A stretch of DNA of 63,755 bases, filler included, from Octopus bimaculoides (GCF_001194135.2; 6 parts of 6 records of this genome joined end to end with filler, not necessarily neighbours in it); one strand, 5' to 3'; counted from the first letter of the whole stretch, positions 11,574-24,179 are shown. The notes: a model not told the origin generated them from the letters alone. Numbers and translations are program-made.

Positions 11574-12505
11574 NNNNNNNNNNNNNNNNNNNNNNNNNNN
11601 NNNNNNNNNNNNNNNNNNNNNNNNNNNNNNNNNNNNNNNNNNNNNNNNNNNNNNNNNNNNNNNNNNNNNNNNNNNNNNNNNNNNNNNNNNNNNNNNNNNN
11701 NNNNNNNNNNNNNNNNNNNNNNNNNNNNNNNNNNNNNNNNNNNNNNNNNNNNNNNNNNNNNNNNNNNNNNNNNNNNNNNNNNNNNNNNNNNNNNNNNNNN
11801 NNNNNNNNNNNNNNNNNNNNNNNNNNNNNNNNNNNNNNNNNNNNNNNNNNNNNNNNNNNNNNNNNNNNNNNNNNNNNNNNNNNNNNNNNNNNNNNNNNNN
11901 NNNNNNNNNNNNNNNNNNNNNNNNNNNNNNNNNNNNNNNNNNNNNNNNNNNNNNNNNNNNNNNNNNNNNNNNNNNNNNNNNNNNNNNNNNNNNNNNNNNN
12001 NNNNNNNNNNNNNNNNNNNNNNNNNNNNNNNNNNNNNNNNNNNNNNNNNNNNNNNNNNNNNNNNNNNNNNNNNNNNNNNNNNNNNNNNNNNNNNNNNNNN
12101 NNNNNNNNNNNNNNNNNNNNNNNNNNNNNNNNNNNNNNNNNNNNNNNNNNNNNNNNNNNNNNNNNNNNNNNNNNNNNNNNNNNNNNNNNNNNNNNNNNNN
12201 NNNNNNNNNNNNNNNNNNNNNNNNNNNNNNNNNNNNNNNNNNNNNNNNNNNNNNNNNNNNNNNNNNNNNNNNNNNNNNNNNNNNNNNNNNNNNNNNNNNN
12301 NNNNNNNNNNNNNNNNNNNNNNNNNNNNNNNNNNNNNNNNNNNNNNNNNNNNNNNNNNNNNNNNNNNNNNNNNNNNNNNNNNNNNNNNNNNNNNNNNNNN
12401 NNNNNNNNNNNNNNNNNNNNNNNNNNNNNNNNNNNNNNNNNNNNNNNNNNNNNNNNNNNNNNNNNNNNNNNNNNNNNNNNNNNNNNNNNNNNNNNNNNNN
12501 NNNNN

Positions 12506-12548
<43 letters not shown>

Positions 12549-12969
12549 CATAAATATATATACATATATATATATATGTACGCACATATATAAATATATA
12601 TGTGCGTGTATGTATGGTATGTATGCATATTTATAGTTGAGTGATTCATACCGCGATTTTGAATATGAGCGTCCTGTTGTTCGACAGAGGGAACAGACTT
12701 TTCATTCTACAAATTCTATACGAAAGGAGAATCCACGGGCATATCTACCTTTAACGTAATTCACATACAGAATCTCTGCGACGCGGATAGGAAATGCTGG
12801 CCATTACAACTTACGAGTTTCTACATCTTGCTAACAATACGAGGATCGATTCCAAGTAGGTACGGATCCTTAACTAACGACATAAGCATTCTTATCGAAT
12901 TAAAAGCCTCATGATTTCAAAGAATATTTTCTGGGCATGATTGCTTCAGAATATTTATTGACATGTCTG

Positions 12970-13043
<74 letters not shown>

Positions 13044-13963
13044 NNNNNNNNNNNNNNNNNNNNNNNNNNNNNNNNNNNNNNNNNNNNNNNNNNNNNNNNN
13101 NNNNNNNNNNNNNNNNNNNNNNNNNNNNNNNNNNNNNNNNNNNNNNNNNNNNNNNNNNNNNNNNNNNNNNNNNNNNNNNNNNNNNNNNNNNNNNNNNNNN
13201 NNNNNNNNNNNNNNNNNNNNNNNNNNNNNNNNNNNNNNNNNNNNNNNNNNNNNNNNNNNNNNNNNNNNNNNNNNNNNNNNNNNNNNNNNNNNNNNNNNNN
13301 NNNNNNNNNNNNNNNNNNNNNNNNNNNNNNNNNNNNNNNNNNNNNNNNNNNNNNNNNNNNNNNNNNNNNNNNNNNNNNNNNNNNNNNNNNNNNNNNNNNN
13401 NNNNNNNNNNNNNNNNNNNNNNNNNNNNNNNNNNNNNNNNNNNNNNNNNNNNNNNNNNNNNNNNNNNNNNNNNNNNNNNNNNNNNNNNNNNNNNNNNNNN
13501 NNNNNNNNNNNNNNNNNNNNNNNNNNNNNNNNNNNNNNNNNNNNNNNNNNNNNNNNNNNNNNNNNNNNNNNNNNNNNNNNNNNNNNNNNNNNNNNNNNNN
13601 NNNNNNNNNNNNNNNNNNNNNNNNNNNNNNNNNNNNNNNNNNNNNNNNNNNNNNNNNNNNNNNNNNNNNNNNNNNNNNNNNNNNNNNNNNNNNNNNNNNN
13701 NNNNNNNNNNNNNNNNNNNNNNNNNNNNNNNNNNNNNNNNNNNNNNNNNNNNNNNNNNNNNNNNNNNNNNNNNNNNNNNNNNNNNNNNNNNNNNNNNNNN
13801 NNNNNNNNNNNNNNNNNNNNNNNNNNNNNNNNNNNNNNNNNNNNNNNNNNNNNNNNNNNNNNNNNNNNNNNNNNNNNNNNNNNNNNNNNNNNNNNNNNNN
13901 NNNNNNNNNNNNNNNNNNNNNNNNNGTCATTGTGTTTTGTTTTGTGTGTAAGTATTATTCACA

Positions 13964-14345
13964 GTGGAGGCGCAATGGCCCAGTGGTTAGGGCAGCGGAC
14001 TCGCGGTCGTAGGATCGCGGTTTCAATTCCCAGACTGGGCGTTGTGAGTGTTTATTGAGCGAAAACACCTAAAGCTCTACGAGGCTCCAGCAGTGGTCAG
14101 TGGCGAACCCTGTTGTATTCTTTCACCACAACTTTCTCTCACTCTTTCTTCCTGTTTCTGTTGTACCTGTATTTAAAAGGGCCACCCTTGTCACACTCTG
14201 TGTCACGCTGAATATCCCCGAGGACTACGTTAAGGGTACACGTGTCTGTGGAGTGCTCAGCCACTTGCACGTTAATTTCACGAGCAGGCTGTTCCGTTGA
14301 TCGGATCAACTGTAAACCTTGTCGTCGTAACCGACGGATTGTCAA
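13964..14345 (+). mobile_element. tRNA-derived SINE family B, full length
   Basis: GGAGGCGCAATGGCCCAGTGGTTAGGGCAGCGGACTCGCGGTCGTAGGATCGCGGTTTCAATTCCC head; colinear with 530-906. Confidence 0.88.
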
Positions 14346-14429
14346 CCAACTATTATTCATAAACCGACATATAGTCCGTATCACCATATGTGTTTCTATA
14401 CTGACATTAAAATAAACATTAAATATTCT

Positions 14430-14580
14430 TTTCTACTCTAGGCACATGGTGGAAATTTCTGGGGAGGGGACCAGTCGATTAGATCGACTTCAGTACGCAA
14501 CTGGTACTTCATTTATCCATCTCGAAAGGATGAAAGGCAGAGTCGACCCCGGCGAAATTTGAACTCGGAACACCAAGACA
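14430..14580 (-). mobile_element. SINE family D fragment
   Basis: Reverse complement contains GTTCAAATTTCGCCGGGGTCGACTCTGCCTTTCATCCTTTCGAG, the conserved central segment of family D. Confidence 0.75.
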
Positions 14581-15232
14581 GAGGAAAAATAATTATTGAA
14601 TATTGCAATTAAATGTTATAGATTTGGATACAGTAACTCAAGAAAATGTTTGAGTGCTCTGCGGTTTGACCTCAAATCTCGTCTGTCAATTGAAATATTT
14701 GACACTCCTACTTGGAGTTGTGGCCGATAAATGGTATCAGAAATCTTAGTCTATGGAAACACCATTTCTTTGGCTCGACTGCCATTAAATTTTCACTATC
14801 TTGAAGATAGAGGTACCACCCAAAATATTTCTATGATCAAACTTATCCTGGGTCTGATGTCTCCTACCGGTAAAGAGAGCTGAATGAAGACAATGGAAAA
14901 GTATTACTTACGTATCTATTAAGAAACATCCTTTTGTTTTGATTTTTGCATGAAATAATATTTGTATGTATATGTGTGTGTTCGTACACCCTCACCCCAC
15001 CCCGCACACATATCGTTCAAATTTACAGAAAACAAAAGACGAAGAGAGCTGTAGGAACAACAATCAGTTATATAAAGAAAAAGATGTTAGTCAAGATTAG
15101 GAGAAATATTATTCATTTAGCGCTTTCGTCCCTTTCAGGGATTCAGTAATCATTCTTGGTGAATCACCCGAAAGGTATGAACGCACTACATAAACACCTT
15201 TTATCCAAAACCTGACTGCCTTCATTATCTTA

Positions 15233-15283
<51 letters not shown>

Positions 15284-15321
15284 GAATTTGTATACCACTT
15301 CAAACTGATCACCACTTCAAG

Positions 15322-15604
15322 TGACCTGATCTGAGATCATGTGCTGAAACAAAAACAATTGCAGCGTGGAAGGTGTTTATAAACCATTAAAAAAAAAAAC
15401 ACAAAAACCGTTAGATTCACTTCACCATTTAAATTTAATTTGTCAAAATATTTTCGCTGCTTTGAAACCGCGACCTGTTCCACGCAGCACGGAATTTTGT
15501 CAGTGAACAGGTCTCGGTCTCAAACTGACGACAATATTTTGAGAAATTAAATCTAAATGTTGAAGCGAATCTAACGGTTTTTGTGTTTTTAAATGGCTTA
15601 TAAA
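15322..15604. mobile_element. Inverted pair of the hammerhead-bearing repeat seen at 3724-3916
   Basis: Arms 15376-15480 and 15505-15604 are reverse complements. Both carry decayed versions of the GTGAACA...GAAAATATTTTGAC motif. Confidence 0.8.
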
Positions 15605-15913
15605 TAAAATATTTGATCCTTGTATAAGTATTTTCTTTATGAGATATAGTGTTCTAGTTATTGAACGTCATAACTGGTTATCAAAAGTTTTCTTGACTGA
15701 AAGTCGCAGATATGTCTGGTACTTAGGCTGGCAGGCATCACTGGTGAAGATTTTTACCTATCAACTAATATACATAGCAGCAGTAAATCTGATGTGTAGT
15801 TTTGTTTAAGCTTNNNNNNNNNNNNNNNNNNNNNNNNNNNNNNNNNNNNNNNNNNNNTTAATTAATTAANNNNNNNNNNNNNNNNNNNNNNNNNNNNNNN
15901 NNNNNNNNNNNNN

Positions 15914-16462
15914 ATATAGCGTTAACTCTGCCGCCTACATTCAGGTCCTGGAAATAATTGTTAAGCCCTGGACAGACAGTGAGTGCAATGGAGGGCCACA
16001 TGTGTTTCAGTAAGACTCTGCACTATCAAATATGGCTCTAGCAACACAGGAATGGATGGCTGAAAATTTTCATGATCACACAGCCCCTAACATTCGGCCT
16101 CCTAATTCCCCAGATCTCAATCCACTGGACTACTTTACATGTGGAGCATTGTTGAGAGAGAGAGGTCAATGAACATGGCCATAACACCAAAGATTTCTTT
16201 GAAAGCTGCCATAGTCCAGAGTAATGTCCAAAATGAACCAAGACCAATTGATTCGAGCATGTAGATGATTTAGATCTCATATAGAAGCAGTTGTTGAAGC
16301 TGAAGGTGGCTTTATTGAATATATCATAGAAAAGAAGGTTTATTTTTTTATCGTCATAGCATTTTTTGATAAATAAAATTATTTGTTATTATATACCTGT
16401 TTTTTTTTTGTTTTTTTTTTTATAAACATAAATCTGTCCTCAAATATCTTACACACCCTGTA
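15914..16462 (+). mobile_element. maT (DD37D) Tc1/mariner-superfamily transposon, 3' half
   Basis: FQ*D-SALSNMALATQEWMAENFHDHTAPNIRPPNSPDLNPL-DY has 37 residues between the second and third Asp. ORF end ...IEAVVEAEGGFIE; right terminus CACCCTG followed by TA at 16454-16462. Confidence 0.9.
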
Positions 16463-16486
16463 TACACACAAACAACTATGCACATA

Positions 16487-17150
16487 CGAGGTGCATTCAA
16501 AACGTATCCGGCTTTATTTTTTCCCCGCGAAAATTTATGCCGCGCATGCAAAATCTTTTGAGTGAGAAGTGACGCCACCCTTCCCGCGAACATGTGAAAC
16601 ATTTCGCGCCTCTAGACTATGTCTGTTTCCGGGTGTTACACTTATGTAGTTCGCGCTTGTCAGAATTTTCATTTTCACTGAACGCAACGAGCAGAGATTT
16701 TGCATTATGTTTTACTAAAAGCTTAGCGATACTCACATTCAAGATCATCCAGAAGATTCAGCAAGGCTTTGGCGATGATGCCATGGGCAAAACTCAGATC
16801 GTGGAGTGGTACGACTGCTTAAAACATGGCTGCACTTCAGTGGAGAACGAGGCACGCTCTGACAAGCCATCCACAAGCCGAAACGAGGCGGCAATGGATA
16901 ATAAGGTTCAGCGAATAGTTATGGAAGACCATCGTGTAACAATCTAGAAAACTGCTAACGAAATGGGATAAAGCTCGGATTTCAGTGCATTACATTTTAA
17001 CGGGAGATTTGTGCACGCGGAGTGTGTCGTCGAAATTCGTCCCCAAGGGGCTGGCGGAGCTGCAAAAGCAGCCCCGTATGGTCAATGCACAGTGCAAGCC
17101 ATGGCTACAGACTTTATAAAGACAATCATCACGTGTGTTGAGACATAGGT
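16487..17150 (+). mobile_element. Mariner transposon relic, 5' half (second family)
   Basis: TA-CGAGGTGCATTCAAAA start. Frameshifted transposase EQRFCI...IQQGFGDDAMGKTQIVEWY...RSDKPSTS...VMEDHRVTI...SKFVPK...FIKTIITCVET*VYG (degenerate TGDETW motif). Confidence 0.88.
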
Positions 17151-17364
17151 TTATGGTGAATAAACTGGGTCTTTCTTTTTTATGACACACTAGGTTATGA
17201 TTTAATGGCGATTTCGTTACTGTTTGAAGCCGTCGTTTTTTTCTTTTTTTCGCTTGTTCCTCCTCAAGTTTACTGGACAGGTGCACAATGCGCTCAATGA
17301 TGTTAGGGTGGAGACGGCTGATGGAAGGGCTTGAGGGGGTGCAACACATTGCATACATACATAA

Positions 17365-17401
<37 letters not shown>

Positions 17402-17627
17402 CACGCACAGAAAGAGAAGAAGAGATAGATAGATGCGGTTATGTATGCGAGGTCATATGTTTGTAGATGTGTGTATGTATGTATATATAATTAACACAAA
17501 TATATAGATGTGTATGTGTGATTGTGCATATGTACAAATATATACACACACGCATACATATACTATATATGCGTGTGTGTGTGTGTGTGTGAATAGAAAG
17601 AGAGGGAGGGAGGAAGACAGATGCGTG

Positions 17628-17675
<48 letters not shown>

Positions 17676-17707
17676 TATATACACATATATATATATATAC
17701 ACACACA

Positions 17708-17773
<66 letters not shown>

Positions 17774-17833
17774 AAGAGAAGAGAAAGGAGTTATATGTGT
17801 ATATATGTATCTATATGTTTGTGTATGTATGAG

Positions 17834-17902
<69 letters not shown>

Positions 17903-18290
17903 GGAAGGAGTCAGGTGTCAGCGAAGGAACTGGTTGTCAAGCTGCCTGACTGTCTGTCTGTCTGTCTGCCTGGTTTGTCAGTTATTGTCATCTCCCATTG
18001 TAATCCGTCACACACTAACACGTCTATTCTCTCTCGCTCTCTCTCTCACCAGCTTTACATCATCAGACATATGTCTTAAAGATATGCGATATCTGCTTGC
18101 CCGTCTTCGTCTCCGCGTGCGTGCGCGCGCGCATGTGTATGGACCTGTGAATGCGCGCGCGCATGTGTGTGTGTGTGTGCGTCCCTCTCTTTTTCTCACA
18201 TGTATGTACAAACACTATTATATGATATGTGATACTTGATACCTCGCCCACCTCTCTACACATTCACATGTTATTATATATATATGTGTG

Positions 18291-18336
<46 letters not shown>

Positions 18337-18818
18337 CAGATGCATACGCACATTCATACACAATATACATACATATATATATATATATATACATACGCAC
18401 ATTCACACGCAAGATATATACACATGCACCTTCACACAATATATATATATATATATTTATTACACACACACATTCACACACACACATATATATATGTATA
18501 TATATGCATTCACACAGTATATAACCTTAGAGCTGAAATATATAAAAGAATATATATATATATATATATATATATTCTTTTATATATTCGAAACGCCGGT
18601 GTTTTAATGGTAGCAGCTGATGAAGATGTTTCTATGTGGCTTGCTTGTTTGTTGTACCTTGTTTATCATTTTGTCCATGTTCTTTTGCCACGTCATGTAC
18701 CCAGTTCTGTATCTATATGTACATGTAGATGAAGGTATGTACATACATGTACATATATATGCATATACTCATATATTGTTTATATATATATATATACACA
18801 CACACATTCACACAATAT

Positions 18819-18854
<36 letters not shown>

Positions 18855-18957
18855 CATACATAAACATCCGTACGATAATGGCGAGCTGTCAATGTGACAC
18901 GACGAGGCCCCCCTATCAGAACCACCCTAATAAATCCAACTACATATCCATTCCCGT

Positions 18958-19322
18958 TATTATTCTTATCTACTCTGGGCACAAGGCCCGAAATTTTGGA
19001 GAAAGGGGCCAGTCGACTAGATCGGCCTCAGTATGCAACTGGTACTTAATTTATCAACCCCCAAAAGGATGAAAGGCAAAGTCGACCTCGGCGGAATTTG
19101 AACTCAGAACGTAAAGACAGACGAAATACCGCTAAGCATTTCGCCCGGTTTTACTAACGTTTCTTATTTCTTTATTGCCCACAAGGGGCTACACACAGAG
19201 GGGACAAACAAGGACAGACAAAGGGATTAAGTCGATTACATCGACTCCCCAGTGCGTAACTGGTGCTTAATTTATCGACCCCCCGAAAGGATGAAAGGCA
19301 AAGTCGACCTCGGCGGAATTTG
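18958..19322 (-). mobile_element. Two tandem SINE family D copies
   Basis: GAAAGGATGAAAGGCAAAGTCGACCTCGGCGGAATTTG occurs at about 19065 and about 19286 in the same orientation. Confidence 0.85.
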
Positions 19323-20334
19323 NNNNNNNNNNNNNNNNNNNNNNNNNNNNNNNNNNNNNNNNNNNNNNNNNNNNNNNNNNNNNNNNNNNNNNNNNNNNNN
19401 NNNNNNNNNNNNNNNNNNNNNNNNNNNNNNNNNNNNNNNNNNNNNNNNNNNNNNNNNNNNNNNNNNNNNNNNNNNNNNNNNNNNNNNNNNNNNNNNNNNN
19501 NNNNNNNNNNNNNNNNNNNNNNNNNNNNNNNNNNNNNNNNNNNNNNNNNNNNNNNNNNNNNNNNNNNNNNNNNNNNNNNNNNNNNNNNNNNNNNNNNNNN
19601 NNNNNNNNNNNNNNNNNNNNNNNNNNNNNNNNNNNNNNNNNNNNNNNNNNNNNNNNNNNNNNNNNNNNNNNNNNNNNNNNNNNNNNNNNNNNNNNNNNNN
19701 NNNNNNNNNNNNNNNNNNNNNNNNNNNNNNNNNNNNNNNNNNNNNNNNNNNNNNNNNNNNNNNNNNNNNNNNNNNNNNNNNNNNNNNNNNNNNNNNNNNN
19801 NNNNNNNNNNNNNNNNNNNNNNNNNNNNNNNNNNNNNNNNNNNNNNNNNNNNNNNNNNNNNNNNNNNNNNNNNNNNNNNNNNNNNNNNNNNNNNNNNNNN
19901 NNNNNNNNNNNNNNNNNNNNNNNNNNNNNNNNNNNNNNNNNNNNNNNNNNNNNNNNNNNNNNNNNNNNNNNNNNNNNNNNNNNNNNNNNNNNNNNNNNNN
20001 NNNNNNNNNNNNNNNNNNNNNNNNNNNNNNNNNNNNNNNNNNNNNNNNNNNNNNNNNNNNNNNNNNNNNNNNNNNNNNNNNNNNNNNNNNNNNNNNNNNN
20101 NNNNNNNNNNNNNNNNNNNNNNNNNNNNNNNNNNNNNNNNNNNNNNNNNNNNNNNNNNNNNNNNNNNNNNNNNNNNNNNNNNNNNNNNNNNNNNNNNNNN
20201 NNNNNNNNNNNNNNNNNNNNNNNNNNNNNNNNNNNNNNNNNNNNNNNNNNNNNNNNNNNNNNNNNNNNNNNNNNNNNNNNNNNNNNNNNNNNNNNNNNNN
20301 NNNNNNNNNNNNNNNNNNNATATATATATATATA

Positions 20335-20495
20335 TGCATATACACGACGGGCGTCTTTCAGTTTCCGTCTACCAAATCCACTCACAAGGCCTTTGGTCGG
20401 CCCGAAGCTATAGTAGAAGACACTTGCCCAAGGTGCCACGCAGTGGGACTGAACCCGGAACCATGATGTGGTTGGTAAGCAAGCTACTTACCACT
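20335..20495 (-). mobile_element. SINE family C, 5' half
   Basis: CTTTCAGTTTCCGTCTACCAAATCCACTCACAAGGC...GACACTTGCCCAAGGTGCCACGCAGTGGGACTGAACCCGG, abutting a gap at the internal microsatellite. Confidence 0.85.
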
Positions 20496-20809
20496 CCTAC
20501 ACCTCTGAAGAATAGTTGTTGAAAATTTCATTAAAAATTGCCCCATTTTTCTGAATGTTATAAGGAAACAAGTCCACAACGAATGAATTTTCCGAAATTC
20601 CTTTTCCTACATACAGAAAAAAAAATGTTTCACTACACGTTCTGACATAATCAGAATCTAAAACGAATGAAGTGTATTTGCAGAAAATTTCATAATAAAA
20701 TATGCATTTTTCTGGAAGTTGCGAGGCAATAAATCGGTTGCGGTAGAGCATATATTTGGAGGTATGCCAGATATATATATATAGACACACATACAGAAGG
20801 TGTACATAC

Positions 20810-20900
20810 ATGTATATACACACACACACACAAGATGTATATATACACACAAGATGTGTGTACATATGTGTGCGTGTATATTTATATATAAACACAAGAA

Positions 20901-20946
<46 letters not shown>

Positions 20947-21045
20947 GTATAAACACAAGATGTATACATATATACACACACAAACACAAGATGTACATAT
21001 ATATACAAACATATACACATGTACATATATATATACATATACGCA

Positions 21046-21097
<52 letters not shown>

Positions 21098-21195
21098 TAT
21101 ACACATATATATATATACACATATACATATATATACATATACACAAGATATACATATATACACATGTACATATATATACACACATATACACAACA

Positions 21196-21251
<56 letters not shown>

Positions 21252-21266
21252 TATACACACACACAC
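20810..21266. repeat. Cryptic TA/CA-rich minisatellite with recurring ACACAAGATGTA core
   Basis: ACACAAGA(T/A)GT/A motif recurs at least six times, separated by variable (TA)/(CA) runs. Confidence 0.75.
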
Positions 21267-21269
21267 AAC

Positions 21270-21700
21270 CTATCGTGGTGTTGGTGGTGGTGGTTGTGTT
21301 AGTGGTAAGGGCAGCGTTGGTGGTGGTGATGTTGATGGTACTAGTGGTGTGGTGGTGCTGGTAATGTACGTAGAAGTAACTACTACTACTACTGCTACTA
21401 CTACTACTACCACCACCACTACTATAGTCAACGCTACTACTACTACTACTACAAAAAGTACCTCAGCTGCACCACCACCACTACCACTACCACTAACATT
21501 GTGTACTATCATCAACGTCACCACCACTACCACCACCACTGCTGCTACTACTACCGCCACCACCGCCACCACCGCTGCCATCACCACTAACACAACAACC
21601 ACCAGCGCCACCACGAGGATAGAGTGAAGGGAGACGACGCCGGTGGTGGAGGTGTTGATGATGATGCTGATGATGATGATGATGATGATGATGATAATAT
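21270..21700. repeat. Compound GGT / ACT / ACC / GAT trinucleotide tract
   Basis: Direct reading. Confidence 0.9.
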
Positions 21701-22442
21701 ACGGAGAAGTACAGCAACGAGTTAGCATGTGCAATGTGCAATAGTGAAAGCGGAGGTTCACAATCCGACATCCNNNNNNNNNNNNNNNNNNNNNNNNNNN
21801 NNNNNNNNNNNNNNNNNNNNNNNNNNNNNNNNNNNNNNNNNNNNNNNNNNNNNNNNNNNNNNNNNNNNNNNNNNNNNNNNNNNNNNNNNNNNNNNNNNNN
21901 NNNNNNNNNNNNNNNNNNNNNNNNNNNNNNNNNNNNNNNNNNNNNNNNNNNNNNNNNNNNNNNNNNNNNNNNNNNNNNNNNNNNNNNNNNNNNNNNNNNN
22001 NNNNNNNNNNNNNNNNNNNNNNNNNNNNNNNNNNNNNNNNNNNNNNNNNNNNNNNNNNNNNNNNNNNNNNNNNNNNNNNNNNNNNNNNNNNNNNNNNNNN
22101 NNNNNNNNNNNNNNNNNNNNNNNNNNNNNNNNNNNNNNNNNNNNNNNNNNNNNNNNNNNNNNNNNNNNNNNNNNNNNNNNNNNNNNNNNNNNNNNNNNNN
22201 NNNNNNNNNNNNNNNNNNNNNNNNNNNNNNNNNNNNNNNNNNNNNNNNNNNNNNNNNNNNNNNNNNNNNNNNNNNNNNNNNNNNNNNNNNNNNNNNNNNN
22301 NNNNNNNNNNNNNNNNNNNNNNNNNNNNNNNNNNNNNNNNNNNNNNNNNNNNNNNNNNNNNNNNNNNNNNNNNNNNNNNNNNNNNNNNNNNNNNNNNAAT
22401 ATGTGTTTGTGTAGTATATATATATATATATGTATATTTATT

Positions 22443-22772
22443 CTTTTCTTTGTTTCAGTCATTTGACTGCGGCCATGCTGGAGCACCGCCTTTGGTCAAG
22501 CAAATCGACCCCAGGACTTATTCTTTGTAAGACTATTACTTATTCTATCGGGTTCTTTTGCCGAACCACTAAGTTACGGGGACCTAAACACACCAGCATC
22601 AGTTGTCAAGCGATGGTGGTGGACAAACACAGACACAAACATATACTCGATGGGCTTCTTTCAGTTTCCGTCCACCAGATCCACTCACAAGGCATTGGCT
22701 GGCCAGAGGCTATTGTAGAAGACACTTGCCCAAGGTGTCACGAAGTGGGATTGAACTCGGAATCATGTGGTT
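22443..22772 (-). mobile_element. SINE family C, near full length
   Basis: 3' part (GACTGCGGCCATGCTGGAGCACCGCC), central TTTCAGTTTCCGTCCACCAGATCCACTCAC and head remnant. Confidence 0.88.
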
Positions 22773-22774
22773 GG

Positions 22775-23045
22775 GTTCTGGGTTCAGTACCACTGCGTGG
22801 CACCTTGGGCAAGTATCTTCTGTTATAGTTCCGGACTGACCAAAGCCTTGCGAGTGGATTTGGTAGACGAAAACTGAAAGAAGCTCGTCGTATGTGTGTC
22901 TTTGTCCCACCGTCACTTGACAGCCGGTGTTGGTGTGTTTACGTCTCTGTAACGTACCAGTTCGGCAATAGACACCGATAGAATAAGCAACAGGCTTTAA
23001 AAAAACCCCCCAAAATAAGTACTGGTGTCCCTTCATTCAACTATA
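22775..23045 (+). mobile_element. SINE family C, head-to-head with the previous copy
   Basis: GTTCTGGGTTCAGTACCACTGCGTGGCACCTTGGGCAAG...GAGTGGATTTGGTAGACG...GTGTTTACGTC. Confidence 0.88.
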
Positions 23046-23058
23046 AATTCTGCACAAG

Positions 23059-23122
23059 GTGCTGTCGGGAATCGAACACGCAACCTTACTATCTTGCGCC
23101 AAATACCCTAACCACTACCCCA
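23059..23122 (-). mobile_element. Isolated tRNA-like SINE head
   Basis: Minus strand GGGGTAGTGGTTAGGGTATTTGGCGCAAGATAGTAAGGTTGCGTGTTCGATTCCCGACAGCAC has A and B boxes but no complete acceptor stem. Confidence 0.65.
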
Positions 23123-23790
23123 CTCACCCAATGTTTTTACTGACAATTTACTGTCTTACTGTTGTTGTTGGTGGTGGTGGTGGTGATGGTATTGGTAGTA
23201 GAGGTGGTGATGGTATTGGTAGTAGAGGTGGTGATGGTGGTGGTGGTGGTGGTAGTTGTGTTGGTGGTAGTAGTGATAGTGTTAGTGATGATAGCAAGGT
23301 AAGTGATGTCGGTGGTGGTAGGGGTGGGAGTAGTGATGATTGCAATTTGATGGTGGTGGTGGTGGTGTTTGTGGGAGCGTAGGGGTAGTGTGGAAATGGT
23401 GTGGTGGTAGTGGTCGTAGTGGCAGTTATTGAGGCGACGGCGGTGGTGGTAGTGGTGGTGGTGGTGGTGGTAGTAGTAGGAGGAGTAGCGGGTGGTGGAG
23501 ATGGTGGTGGCGTTTGTCTGTTGACCCCTGAGGAATTTCAAGAGAATCTGTGCTTGCTCGATCTGCAGGAAATAACTGTCAAATTCCCTTCAGATCAGAT
23601 ATGCGCACACGCACACGCACACACACACACACACACACACGCAGATACATTCATACACACACACATACTCATGCACACACACATGCACACACATACACAT
23701 ATACACACACACACATACACACACGTACATACACACACATACAGACAGACAGACTCATACATACACATGCGCAGATATCTACATAGACTT

Positions 23791-24014
23791 CTATGGAGTT
23801 ACCTTCTCTTAGATGAGCAACAAAAAAGCCGAAGACCCTCATCAGCCTTGGGTCACTTCGACGAACGAAGGTTCACCAAGGCACATCTCTATAGAGTAGT
23901 AACGTCTACAACCCTGGGGTTGCCTGTGGTTATTAAGATGCAGGATTTCTATGTAGTTATCTTTTCTAAGATGAGCAGCTAAAAAGCTGAAGGAGGCCTC
24001 ATCTACCCTGGGTC
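23791..24014 (-). repeat. Two copies (158-bp period) of an RTE 5'UTR-like structured motif
   Basis: GACCCA(A/G)GG..GATGAG...GC...CTCATCT..AGA(G/A)AAG.TAACT at 23791-23854 and 23949-24014; each has an internal GATGAG/CTCATC pairing. Confidence 0.5.
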
Positions 24015-24179
24015 TGTTGGGGGTGTCTGAGTGACCTAGATGGGGCAATCCTGTGACATGCCAATTCACCCATAACTGGGGCCTTGAGAAGTGCTACAAC
24101 TCCAGATCAGAGGAAACATGGAAGAACAATGGCTTCTGTAGAGTCCGTCCCACTCTCTCTCGTACCACAAACGTGTATG

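Noticed and set aside
10904-14058. Long ORFs of 100-545 aa in the ORF track (also at 19-22, 33-35, 41, 45, 48 and 53 kb)
   Set aside because: They consist of N gaps and (TA)/(CA)/(TACA)/(TCTA) microsatellites and are not coding.
18586-18625. GAAACGCCGGTGTT followed by CTGATGA
   Set aside because: Stems I and II cannot be formed in any hammerhead topology.
23059-23122. tRNA-like sequence, and the tRNA-like heads at 327, 906, 5622 and 13964
   Set aside because: They lack complete cloverleafs and continue into SINE bodies, so they are not tRNA genes.
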